Positions 20,410-30,088 of a stretch of DNA of 64,000 nt are shown piece by piece. The translations under genes and the position numbers were made by a program. The notes beneath the pieces are model-generated. The model was not told where the DNA came from and ran no database searches. It worked only from the letters and a program-made list of their open reading frames with translations. The first letter of the stretch is position 1. Every line of letters starts with the position of its first letter. Source of the DNA: a virus (Duplodnaviria; Heunggongvirae; Uroviricota; Caudoviricetes); IMG/VR virus record IMGVR_UViG_3300020045_008999, positions 224,001-288,000 of that record. One strand, given 5' to 3'.

Positions 20410-20961
20410 CTATTCCAATTCTAATTCGAATTCATCTTCATCAGAATCTTCATCACCAAACATTTCATCTAGTTCAATTTTTAATTCAATTAAAAGTTCT
20501 TCGTTTATATCTTTAAGTGATATTTTCTTAGTAAATTGGCCAACTAGTACAGAGTCTGTATATTTTTTGAATTTCACCGTACAATCTTTCACATCATCCA
20601 TATTAAATGTTTCTTCAATATCTTCCGGGATCGCACTTGCTAAATCAATGATGATTATTAAATCGTAACGCGATTTATCATCGCTAAAAATTACCTTTAC
20701 ACTATCGTTTAATTTAGAATACCTGGTAAGTTCGGATGTTTGTAATACTAGACCCATATCAGCAAATGACATCCCACCATCCTTCTTCCTAGATTTGTTA
20801 TTTGCATCATTAAATGTATCAATTGTACCATCTTCTATTGAATTCGCAAACATTCGATCAATGTTTCGCTTCACCACACTCAAGGCTTGGTGAATCACTT
20901 CTTCCGGTGCATCATTAACAATTCCTTCAGTGATATATTGATCAAATTTAATTATTTTCAT
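20410..20961 (-). CDS. acidic putative virion/head protein with CTS-like N-terminus
   Basis: MKIIKFDQYITE; late-type motif 20980-20989. Confidence 0.55.
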   Translation of the reverse strand: MKIIKFDQYITEGIVNDAPEEVIHQALSVVKRNIDRMFANSIEDGTIDTFNDANNKSRKKDGGMSFADMGLVLQTSELTRYSKLNDSVKVIFSDDKSRYDLIIIIDLASAIPEDIEETFNMDDVKDCTVKFKKYTDSVLVGQFTKKISLKDINEELLIELKIELDEMFGDEDSDEDEFELELE

Positions 20962-21038
20962 ATAGAAGATTCTTTTTACTATATATTAAAAAACTTTATA
21001 TACTATTTATTATATAAAGAATAAAATAAAATAGTATT

Positions 21039-21299
21039 ATGCAATCATTAAAAGAAGAAGCTATACGTAGTTACATCGAACAAATAGATTTTAATGGCGA
21101 TTGGTCTTATGAAGTTATAGAAAAAGAAATTTCTAAATTTATAGGCGAACGTCCATCATTAGATGTGAAATATAAAAAAGATGTTCTATTAGTAGAGGGT
21201 AGTAAGAAAGCTAAAGAAATTCAAAAATTAGAAAAAATATCAATCATTTATACTGACTTGGATAATCAGATTAAGAAAATTGAAATTTTAATAGATTAA
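21039..21299 (+). CDS. hypothetical protein
   Basis: ORF behind AAACTTT-N15-TATAAA. Confidence 0.6.
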   Translation: MQSLKEEAIRSYIEQIDFNGDWSYEVIEKEISKFIGERPSLDVKYKKDVLLVEGSKKAKEIQKLEKISIIYTDLDNQIKKIEILID

Positions 21300-21301
21300 T
21301 T

Positions 21302-21565
21302 ATGTTAAATGTTAAAAATATAATAGAAACACACTCACTAGACTTAACCAAACTTTTTTTGGATATTAAGAATGGTATTATACTTGAATATCAGTTTACA
21401 ACAATTATTAATTTTTATGAACTAATGTTAAATAATAATACAAACTGTGTTCCTAGCGCAACCAAATCATATATGAATTCGTTATTAGCATCTGGATATT
21501 ACATCGATTATGCATCAATACACCGATCCAATGCGATAACTAAAATTTTGAAAGATGAGATTTAG
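21302..21565 (+). CDS. hypothetical protein with C-terminal tag
   Basis: ends RSNAITKILKDEI. Confidence 0.55.
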   Translation: MLNVKNIIETHSLDLTKLFLDIKNGIILEYQFTTIINFYELMLNNNTNCVPSATKSYMNSLLASGYYIDYASIHRSNAITKILKDEI

Positions 21566-21845
21566 TGTAAGTATTCTTGACTATTTGGGGAAATACCAAG
21601 ATGGGGTTTTAGTTCTGTTGACAATTAAGTATAATGATGTATATTATGATGCAACTTATTATTATAATAAAGAACACTTGTTATTGACTATCAATGAGAA
21701 TTTCGAAATCGAGCTGGGACATTTAATCACCGATGATTCAGATTATGTAGAACTTATCAGATACATTATCACAAAGGTAGTACCATACGATGAAATTTTC
21801 AACAGATTAGATGAATATGTGCCAAAAGAAAATCCACTTGATTAA
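21555..21845 (+). CDS. hypothetical protein
   Basis: coupled ORF. Confidence 0.55.
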   Translation: MRFSVSILDYLGKYQDGVLVLLTIKYNDVYYDATYYYNKEHLLLTINENFEIELGHLITDDSDYVELIRYIITKVVPYDEIFNRLDEYVPKENPLD

Positions 21846-21868
21846 TATAATTTAATCAAGTGGATTTT
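21829..21868. terminator. bidirectional intrinsic terminator
   Basis: AAAATCCACTTGATTAA...TTAATCAAGTGGATTTT. Confidence 0.8.
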
Positions 21869-22074
21869 TATAATCCGCTTTCTACAACCCAACCGTCATT
21901 TAGATAAGACTCTACCCAATCCATATATCTACCCTGTGTTACTAAACTAGTTCTTGTAACTTTTCCATTTTTCATAACATGGTTAATATTGATAAACCAA
22001 TCATCGGTTTGATCAGTTTCAAAATAAATTTTAGTACGGGCTTTAGGTTTGGTTAATATTATTTCTATTTTCAT
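21868..22074 (-). CDS. hypothetical protein
   Basis: short ORF with upstream AATATATA. Confidence 0.5.
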   Translation of the reverse strand: MKIEIILTKPKARTKIYFETDQTDDWFININHVMKNGKVTRTSLVTQGRYMDWVESYLNDGWVVESGL

Positions 22075-22092
22075 AGAATATATATTGAGTTT

Positions 22093-23229
22093 CTAAATCA
22101 CGATTTCATTAAGAAATTTACGAGCATTCTCTAAACGGATTGTTTCCGATAGTATTCGTTCTTCGATTTTTATATTAATATCAAACCCATTAATTACCGA
22201 CATGACATAATTAAAAGATACGTCTTTGTTATTTGCTCTGGCAAAGGCACCAATATCATATCCAGTTGCAACATATTTTTCATACAATATATTGATAGAT
22301 TTAAGACAGTTGGATTTGTATGTATTTATTTTATCAACAATTAAATCAACTTCTTTATTTTTCATTGGATCATTTAACACAGACAATATATCGTCAATCT
22401 CACCGGATAATATCAATCGGATTAAATCATTTTCACGATACAATGAATCAGTATATAAACCATGTCTATCAAAATACCATTGTGTCTTTTGCTTAACCAT
22501 TAATCCATTTGTGAATATTACCACAAATCCTTCAGAATCTACTTCGGTTTTAGCTAATTGTATAATCTCGTCTAATGTATAATCAAATGAAAGTCTGGTT
22601 TTTATAAAGGACGGGACCGAATCGAGTGACATATATTCACCACTTATATTATTACGAAGTTGTAGTAAAATAAGACTTCTACCTTTGTATTGTAGTACAA
22701 TTCTATTATCAATTGAAACATATTCAAATATTGGTATAATATTGTTGTCAATTGAGTTCTTAACAAATTCATATAAGTGGGCATCCGAATTGATTATATC
22801 ATTTGCGGCCACTGCTGGATCGGATATAAATGATCCCTTAGACTTAGCTACTATATTTCCATTTGGTAATTTTATGAACGAGGCTAATGAACCATCTTCT
22901 TTATAACTAACCGTATCAATTGTGAGATTTTTTATAATATCATACTGGGTTAATTCACTTTGATTAATATTAAAAAATTTTTTCAAAAGTAAATAACGAT
23001 TGTATAAAGTCCCGTCAGAATTCCACACAAAAGTAAGACCACGAAGTTCATGTGCTTTATAAGATTTACCAGGCACCGGCTCTTCAAAAGTATTTGGTGA
23101 TGCTAATTTATAATCAAAAATGGACACGTTAAACCCCTGTACTACATATTTCATTTCATAGAATAAAAACCCGTCAGTAACGGCACATATTTCTAAACAT
23201 TCTTCATAAGTTGGTAAAAACTGCACCAT
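22093..23229 (-). CDS. rnlA: T4 Rnl1-family RNA ligase
   Basis: ELRGLTF, KFFN, motif I KEDGSL, FEY, EGFVV, VKQKT.WY. Confidence 0.9.
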   Translation of the reverse strand: MVQFLPTYEECLEICAVTDGFLFYEMKYVVQGFNVSIFDYKLASPNTFEEPVPGKSYKAHELRGLTFVWNSDGTLYNRYLLLKKFFNINQSELTQYDIIKNLTIDTVSYKEDGSLASFIKLPNGNIVAKSKGSFISDPAVAANDIINSDAHLYEFVKNSIDNNIIPIFEYVSIDNRIVLQYKGRSLILLQLRNNISGEYMSLDSVPSFIKTRLSFDYTLDEIIQLAKTEVDSEGFVVIFTNGLMVKQKTQWYFDRHGLYTDSLYRENDLIRLILSGEIDDILSVLNDPMKNKEVDLIVDKINTYKSNCLKSINILYEKYVATGYDIGAFARANNKDVSFNYVMSVINGFDINIKIEERILSETIRLENARKFLNEIVI

Positions 23230-23759
23230 TATTCTTTTAAAATATTTCTTAAATTAGACATTCTCATTATGTATTTATCATCTAAGCCAAGTCGGGCTCC
23301 TTCGTATGTAGTTGCAAACGTCGTCCCATCCTTATTGCGAATGAGTATCGGAAATGCTTTATTGGTTAAAACAACATCAATTATGTGACAACTCTCACCC
23401 ATGCAGTCAAAATCCAATCCCACTACATTATCCGGAAATCCTAACCGCATCGAATCACGCGTATGCATTTCATAGTTTTTATCAGCAAGTGATTGTGATA
23501 TTAGGGTAATCACAATGTGCCCACTATACATAACCCTAAAATCATTTACATCAGCTTTAATCTTTTCTTCAATTTCTAAGATCCGAAAAAAATCTCGTAT
23601 CTCAGATAATAGATCTGGTTTAAATTTTTTTGGCAAAGTCAAATACACAGTTAAACATCCGGATTGTGTTCTAATTTTCAAAGATATATCGGTTTGCTCA
23701 AGTTTTGATAAGTCCTCAATATATTTAAATATTTTATCGTTTACTTTCTTCCGATTCAT
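23229..23759 (-). CDS. hypothetical protein with C-terminal tag
   Basis: ends RMSNLRNILKE. Confidence 0.55.
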   Translation of the reverse strand: MNRKKVNDKIFKYIEDLSKLEQTDISLKIRTQSGCLTVYLTLPKKFKPDLLSEIRDFFRILEIEEKIKADVNDFRVMYSGHIVITLISQSLADKNYEMHTRDSMRLGFPDNVVGLDFDCMGESCHIIDVVLTNKAFPILIRNKDGTTFATTYEGARLGLDDKYIMRMSNLRNILKE

Positions 23760-23771
23760 CGCTTTGTTAGT

Positions 23772-24044
23772 TTAGTAATAGTCGCCACCATTATTATCGT
23801 CATCATCTTCGTCATCATCTTCGTCATCATCGATATCCGTACATTCCAAAACATCATACTTACTAAGTTTATTGATCAGTGATTTAGTTTCGGCAATTGA
23901 AAGCCCAGTATCTTGAATCATAATTACATCAGTGTCAACCCCCTCGTAAGTAATTTTCGCATCTGACATCAAATCGTTCAATAACGCATATACCGTTTCA
24001 GGTTCGGTACACTCATCTAATGAGTAATATTTAAATAATTTCAT
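23772..24044 (-). CDS. small acidic protein
   Basis: poly-D tail. Confidence 0.55.
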   Translation of the reverse strand: MKLFKYYSLDECTEPETVYALLNDLMSDAKITYEGVDTDVIMIQDTGLSIAETKSLINKLSKYDVLECTDIDDDEDDDEDDDDNNGGDYY

Positions 24045-24050
24045 TTATTT

Positions 24051-25058
24051 TCATTTATTTTTAATATGATTACACTTATATTTTTCTTTTAATTCTTCAT
24101 AACTAAGGCTGTTATTAATTGATGCTATAACTAATCCTATTTGTGGTGCAACTGATACAATATGAAATTTATTAGCACTTGATCCAAAGTCCGCATTTGA
24201 TCCTTTCAATGAGTTACTAATGATAACTTTGGTCAATTGTGAATTAGAAATTCGTACAATTGCTGGCCCAGATAATACACCGTGTGTAATAACTGCAGTA
24301 ACACTTTTTGCTCCATCCGATATCAATGTGTCCGCGGCCCTGCACAGAGTTCCGGCGGTATCTAAAATGTCATCCATTATAATAACATCTTTCCCAACAA
24401 CATCACCAAGTACGAACATTTCATCTACTACATTAGCTTTAGATCTTGTTTTAGATATAGTCACATAGCGAATATTAATATCATAATCACATTTAAGTTG
24501 ATTAACCATACGCTTTACTCGTTTTGCTCCTCCAGGATCTGGACTACAAAGAATTTTATTTAAATCATATAGATTAGCAATATAATCCACAAATACATTT
24601 TTTCCCTCGATGTGATCAACAGGTATATTAAAAAACCCTTGAATTTGATCAGCATGGAAATCAAACCCTATAATAGAAGTTGCACCGGAATTTTCCAACA
24701 TCGATGCCATTAATTTAGCACCAATTGGTCCTCTAATTTGGTCTCGTTTATCACCACGACCATAAATGAAGTATGGGAGAATGGGAATTATTTCAACCGC
24801 CCTTGCTCTTTTAGCAGCATCTATTGCCAGATTCAAACGAATAATTTCATCAGAGTTATCAAAACTAGACAATAAGTATACTCGCTTCCCTTTAACATAA
24901 TCCTTAAAGGATGAGCTCATTTCATTGTCAGAAAATGTTTCATTTAAAATCTCACCACGTTTCAAACTATTAGCCAATCCTAATGAGTTAGTAGCATATA
25001 AAATTTCAGTAAGCAAATCTTCTCGGGATTCGCTTAATAAGTAAATAGTTGATTCCAT
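24051..25058 (-). CDS. prs: ribose-phosphate pyrophosphokinase (PRPP synthetase family)
   Basis: FSDNE, PYFIYGRGDK, DFHADQIQGFF, SPDPGGAKR, DDILDTAGT, THGVLSG. Confidence 0.92.
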   Translation of the reverse strand: MESTIYLLSESREDLLTEILYATNSLGLANSLKRGEILNETFSDNEMSSSFKDYVKGKRVYLLSSFDNSDEIIRLNLAIDAAKRARAVEIIPILPYFIYGRGDKRDQIRGPIGAKLMASMLENSGATSIIGFDFHADQIQGFFNIPVDHIEGKNVFVDYIANLYDLNKILCSPDPGGAKRVKRMVNQLKCDYDINIRYVTISKTRSKANVVDEMFVLGDVVGKDVIIMDDILDTAGTLCRAADTLISDGAKSVTAVITHGVLSGPAIVRISNSQLTKVIISNSLKGSNADFGSSANKFHIVSVAPQIGLVIASINNSLSYEELKEKYKCNHIKNK

Positions 25059-25169
25059 TATTTGATTTTTAGATTACAAAAGTAAGCTTTTTTATAATAC
25101 ACATCAAACTATTTATACATTATTATATGTTTTTCTTGACATAAATACCCACATTAAATATATAGTCAT

Positions 25170-26492
25170 ATGGGAAAGGGGAAATTAAAAACTACTACGC
25201 AATTTATAGAAGATTGCATACTAAAACATGGAAATAAATACGAATATGATAATACAATATATATTAATAGTCACACTAATATAATTATATTCTGTCCAAT
25301 ACATGGTTATTTTAACCAGACCCCAACAAATCATTTAAGAGGAAGTGGGTGTTATCAATGTAGTATAGCATCAAGTTATAAAAATAATGAAGAATTTATA
25401 GATGACTTGGTGAAAATACACAATAACAAATATGATTATTCTAAGACCATATACAAAGGTGGCAGAAATAAAATAATTATAATATGCCCCACTCATGGTG
25501 ATTTTGAACAAAATGCATATAACCACTCACTAGGATTTGGGTGCAGATCTTGTAAAAAAACAAATAAACGCAACGATAATAAATCACCTAAGGAAACTAA
25601 TACATTTAATGAATTTATAGTAGAGGCAACTGCTAAACATGACAATAAATATGATTATAGCAAAGTTGATTATAAATCAAAACATAAAAAAATTATTATT
25701 ATTTGTAAAGAACATACTCATTTTGAAATGACAGCGTTAACACACCTCAATGGTGGTGGTTGTAAATTATGCATCAATGAAGATAAGCGGAAAATAAGGG
25801 AAAATAAGTTCATTAATAAATCCCATATAATACATAATAATACATATGACTATTCTAAAGTTATATATAAAACCTCAGAGGAAAGGGTGATTATTATTTG
25901 TAAAACTCATAAAGAATTTGAACAGCTACCATACACACATCTACATGGGAAAGGCTGTCCGGAATGTCTCCATGAAGAAACGGGAATAAGTTATCAAAAA
26001 ACAATTCATCAATTCATTACCGATGCTAATAAAATTCACTTAAATCGGTACGTATACCCACACGAATATATCACATCGACAACTAAAATTCCTATATTTT
26101 GTATTAAGGGATCGCATACTTTCAAGCAATCACCTAAAGATCATTTAAGGGGTCATGGTTGTCCGTATTGTAAAATTTCAAAGGGTGAATATAAAATTTT
26201 AGATTTATTAACAACATACAAAATTAAGAACATACCACAATATTCATTTAAGGATTGTCTAAATATTGGTAGATTGTTTTTTGATTTTTATTTACCCGAT
26301 ATAAATACATGTATAGAATTTGATGGTATACAACATTTCAAGGTAATTGATTTTTTTGGTGGTGAAAAGGGATTTTTAGATAGACAGAAAAATGATCAAA
26401 TAAAAAACGACTATTGTTATAAAAATAATATTATCTTAATTAGAATTCGTTACGATGAGGACATAATAGAAAAATTAAAAGTCATATTATAA
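25170..26492 (+). mobile_element. free-standing putative homing endonuclease (5 Cys/His repeats + C-terminal Vsr/DUF559-like PD-(D/E)xK domain)
   Basis: 5x H..KYDYS...IIC..HG.F.Q...HL.G.GC..C; FDFYLP...IEFDGIQH...D.IK..YC...LIRI; antisense insertion between prs and NAMPT. Confidence 0.8.
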
Positions 26493-26509
26493 TATGACTT
26501 TTAATTTTT
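26470..26509. terminator. perfect 40-bp palindrome / bidirectional terminator
   Basis: AAAAATTAAAAGTCATATTA|TAATATGACTTTTAATTTTT. Confidence 0.8.
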
Positions 26510-26521
26510 ATAAAAAATTTA

Positions 26522-28159
26522 TTAAATTATTTTATTTGGTGCATACTCAATTAATAATGCTTTTTTAAGATCCATTACAGCATCACTACAAGGGAAATTA
26601 TGATTTTCAGGGGTTTCTAAAGTCAGAGGCATAGTCCTCATTTGTTCTTTAATGCGATTTTTAATTTCCAGAAACGTATCCGATTGACCTACACCAAAGG
26701 GTTCCCATATATTATTACCATCGAAATACGGAACTAAATTGTCATCACCATCTTCATGTGCAAATACAATGGTTTTGCATTCTTTGATGGATTTTGGATC
26801 ACGCAACAGCTTAAATGGTCCAGGTAATGTACCTTTGCCTATAGTTTCACTAAATTTAACCACCCCACGATCATCTGCACCCACCGCAGATAGTGCAAAC
26901 TTGGCAGATAAGTCATCACGTTTGTTGTTTCTTAGTGTACCACCCATGCCGAACAATCCCCAAGTATAAAAAGCATATCTGTTGGCAATCAATTCATCGA
27001 TGATATCAAACATTCCTTCAAATTTCTCACCATCACCATCAAGGAATTTTAAATAAGTACCGGTTTTCCATGTACCAGTGCTTGTTTCCATAATATCACT
27101 TAGACCATTTTCATGAGCCAAATTACAAATTTCTAGAACTTGATGTTTCATGGTATATTCCGGAGTACTAGAGTCTGGTCGGGCCACAACAATCTTACCA
27201 TTACCTTCATTCTTACTTCTTAATGCAAGAGGCAATATCATGGTTTTGGTACTATTTTTAGCATCATAACAATCATTTACCAATGAACATATTTCGTTAT
27301 CACCAATCGAATTATAAATAGCTTGATAGCAATCATTCTCTGATTTATACGATTGTACATTTCTATGAGCAAGTGCATTCACCGATGAAAAAATTCCAAT
27401 TTCTTCATTTGAATTTTTCCATGCCTGATAAGCTCCAGAGAACGTATCGGTCCCATTGAATGAATACAAGTGTACCATTCCTAGAATTTCAGATTCTTCA
27501 CTAGTTACCCCTGCACGATCACCAAAATCAGTTAACATGATAGATGCATACATATCAAGATCGGCTTCGGACATATCCGGATCCACTAATTTTATTTTTT
27601 GTTTTAATTTAACAATCACATGCTCTCCCTGTGTTGCTCTCTGAGTAGTAGCCCAGACATGCAATAACTTTGATTCAAACCAAGCACCAAGCACTCCCAT
27701 TCCCTTAACCGCCGAAATAACTTCAATTGCTGGTTCATTTGGATATATAACAGATCCTTCTCGAACTGCTCTAATTGAAATCGGTGGTCTTCCATTAAAC
27801 TCATCCACGACACGTCGCCATATTTCTTCGGGAAATTGATATTCAGTGAATCCGTTGCCGGAAACCTTGGCATGTGCCAAGAATCTCTTAGCTTCATCAA
27901 TTTCAGCATGAGTAATAGGCTCGTAAAATAGTTTTTCTAGTATATTGGGAAGACTCGTAAATACAATACGATCATCACCCTCATCATAAATAGTAGCATT
28001 TATTGCATGTAGTTTTCTACGAAATGTTAGATAATAAGTAGATTTTTCCCTGGCCTCTTCACTCTCGAATTTATCTGATCCAATTGTATATGCATCACCT
28101 TGAAGTAATCTAGGGGTTTTGTGTATTTTTCTTTTTGGTAATATTACTTTTTTACTCAT
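26522..28159 (-). CDS. nadV: nicotinamide phosphoribosyltransferase (NAMPT/NadV family)
   Basis: DAY, EGSVI.PNEP, FESKLL, DFGDRAG, HL..F.GTDT, AH, ARPDS, GDG, FGMGG.L, RDD...KFA. Confidence 0.88.
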   Translation of the reverse strand: MSKKVILPKRKIHKTPRLLQGDAYTIGSDKFESEEAREKSTYYLTFRRKLHAINATIYDEGDDRIVFTSLPNILEKLFYEPITHAEIDEAKRFLAHAKVSGNGFTEYQFPEEIWRRVVDEFNGRPPISIRAVREGSVIYPNEPAIEVISAVKGMGVLGAWFESKLLHVWATTQRATQGEHVIVKLKQKIKLVDPDMSEADLDMYASIMLTDFGDRAGVTSEESEILGMVHLYSFNGTDTFSGAYQAWKNSNEEIGIFSSVNALAHRNVQSYKSENDCYQAIYNSIGDNEICSLVNDCYDAKNSTKTMILPLALRSKNEGNGKIVVARPDSSTPEYTMKHQVLEICNLAHENGLSDIMETSTGTWKTGTYLKFLDGDGEKFEGMFDIIDELIANRYAFYTWGLFGMGGTLRNNKRDDLSAKFALSAVGADDRGVVKFSETIGKGTLPGPFKLLRDPKSIKECKTIVFAHEDGDDNLVPYFDGNNIWEPFGVGQSDTFLEIKNRIKEQMRTMPLTLETPENHNFPCSDAVMDLKKALLIEYAPNKII

Positions 28160-28217
28160 GATATTGTTTACTATTTAATGTTATTATTTATTTTTAGTCT
28201 ATTTGGTAAGAATTTAA

Positions 28218-29192
28218 TCACTTAACACTGTCAATAATGCCAGGTATCTTGTTATCGATATTACTCGAATAAATTTTACTAATTAATGTATTCATCATAT
28301 CACGATACTGTGGCATAATATTTTTATTGACCCCATCCAAATTACTAAACATATTAACGGGGAACCATCCCACCTCAGATATTCCATCACCAGCGTCTGC
28401 ACGTCCAAAAGCCATTTCCGCTAAATATACAGATGACAATAATACGTCGGTCTCTTTTGCATATCTTGGTTCATTTAAACGTTGACTGAATAAATACATA
28501 CATGAATTAATTTCACAATTAATTCCCACTTTTTCAGAAAACACACGCTTAGCACCTTGTTCATAATTCTCATCAGTTGTAACAATGTTTCCAGATGGAA
28601 GTCCCCATTGTTTTTCATGTGGTTTTTTCACCAATAATATTTCACCGGCAGAATTATAGGTACATATGTTCACAACCGGATACACATTTGGATCCTTGGC
28701 ATAGATTTCGTGAATAATACCTGATCGAAAATCCGGACTGTTTATTATTTCGCGAGAAACCATATCTCTTTTTTCGGTACCATTATCAGTGAGGCTTGCT
28801 GCTAATTCAATTGTTTTATACTTACCACTATAGTAAGGTATAAATGAATCCCGGCTTCCATATAAAACCGCCGCTTTATCACCAAATGGGATTGGAATTG
28901 ACGAATCTAATACCTGACTCCACATTTCATTGGAATCTTGATCTACTAATGGCAATATAACCGCATTTGGATATTTCTCTTGACACATTGCTTGTCTATT
29001 TGCATAATCAAGCGGATTGCGTCTGGTGTTTTGTATAGTTGATACACCTAAAAAAATGATTATTTTTTTGTGTCTACTCATTATATAATCAACTAATTCC
29101 ATGTGACCATTAGATAATTCAGGAACCTGAAATCTTGCTATCAGTACCCCGATATGGATGTCACTTACGTCTGTTTCCTCTTTTACTGCCAT
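28218..29192 (-). CDS. bifunctional NMN adenylyltransferase / Nudix (NadM-Nudix, NatV-like); Nudix box degenerate
   Basis: ARFQ...NGH, RNPLDY..R, YGSRDSF..YY, GT..R; C-terminal Nudix fold WGLPSG...AKRVFSEKVG. Confidence 0.85.
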   Translation of the reverse strand: MAVKEETDVSDIHIGVLIARFQVPELSNGHMELVDYIMSRHKKIIIFLGVSTIQNTRRNPLDYANRQAMCQEKYPNAVILPLVDQDSNEMWSQVLDSSIPIPFGDKAAVLYGSRDSFIPYYSGKYKTIELAASLTDNGTEKRDMVSREIINSPDFRSGIIHEIYAKDPNVYPVVNICTYNSAGEILLVKKPHEKQWGLPSGNIVTTDENYEQGAKRVFSEKVGINCEINSCMYLFSQRLNEPRYAKETDVLLSSVYLAEMAFGRADAGDGISEVGWFPVNMFSNLDGVNKNIMPQYRDMMNTLISKIYSSNIDNKIPGIIDSVK

Positions 29193-29343
29193 TGTGTTTT
29201 TCTTTGTTTACGTTTCTTTAGTCCTAATAACTTCTCGCGATATTCAGTAATAATATGTTCAGGGATATGGTCTTTACTTAACCATTCGCGATATTCTTCA
29301 AATATCACAATCTCCGCTTTACTTTTGGGTTTCATAATGTATT

Positions 29344-30081
29344 TTATAGATTTTCAAATTTACGATAGATTATGGTATGTGATAATGTTGGTATTTTTCC
29401 GTTAGACTCCCATACATTACTGATCACTATTTCGTCATCAATTAAAGTAATTCCAATATATTTATTATCACCAACTTTAAAATGGGCTCTACTATCACCG
29501 ATGAATGTTGCGGAAATTCTACCATCATCACCCGGATGTTTTGGAATATCACGGATGAATGAAAAACTATCACCACATTCAGTAAAACATTTGAATAATT
29601 TGGATTTAAATTTATTGGATTTTACCATCACTTCATTTTTTCGCACACCATGTACATCAGAATGCTTGAAACCTATGGTGATATGAAGATCAGTGTGGGA
29701 TAATCCTAAAATTTCCTTTGTTTCATCTATTTGTTCCGACTTTACCACTACAAAATATGATGTATTTTCATTTTTACAAGCTTTGCCCAATCCAAGTAAT
29801 TTAATATCATCAAACGAAATTTCAAACAATTCATTTACAATTTCGATAAATTTTTCAGGCCCCATCTGCTTCATCATTTTACCAACTTGGATTGTATTGC
29901 AAAAAGTCATGTGATATGTGCCCATATCTCGGTTAGTCTGATTTAAAACATATTCGGCATATTCATTACCCAAAATGTCTTTAAGTTCATTAAGGTATTT
30001 ACTCAACACATACATTGGGAATTCAATTCCAATGTAATTTTGTCCAAATACGTCTTTAATGTAATTTAGTTTATATTCCAT
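29344..30081 (-). CDS. 2H phosphoesterase
   Basis: two HxT motifs: YHMTF and LHITIGF; DVHG. Confidence 0.75.
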   Translation of the reverse strand: MEYKLNYIKDVFGQNYIGIEFPMYVLSKYLNELKDILGNEYAEYVLNQTNRDMGTYHMTFCNTIQVGKMMKQMGPEKFIEIVNELFEISFDDIKLLGLGKACKNENTSYFVVVKSEQIDETKEILGLSHTDLHITIGFKHSDVHGVRKNEVMVKSNKFKSKLFKCFTECGDSFSFIRDIPKHPGDDGRISATFIGDSRAHFKVGDNKYIGITLIDDEIVISNVWESNGKIPTLSHTIIYRKFENL

Positions 30082-30088
30082 TACTGTG

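Noticed and set aside
22093-22140. C-terminal tag on the RNA ligase (RLENARKFLNE)
   Set aside because: Ala and Phe at the conserved aliphatic positions; marginal, so not counted
24051-28159. Firm call as NARP1 (Adps + Namat)
   Set aside because: The PRPS keeps canonical motifs and an NMNAT is adjacent, favouring NARP2 plus PRPP supply; cannot be settled without phylogeny or assay
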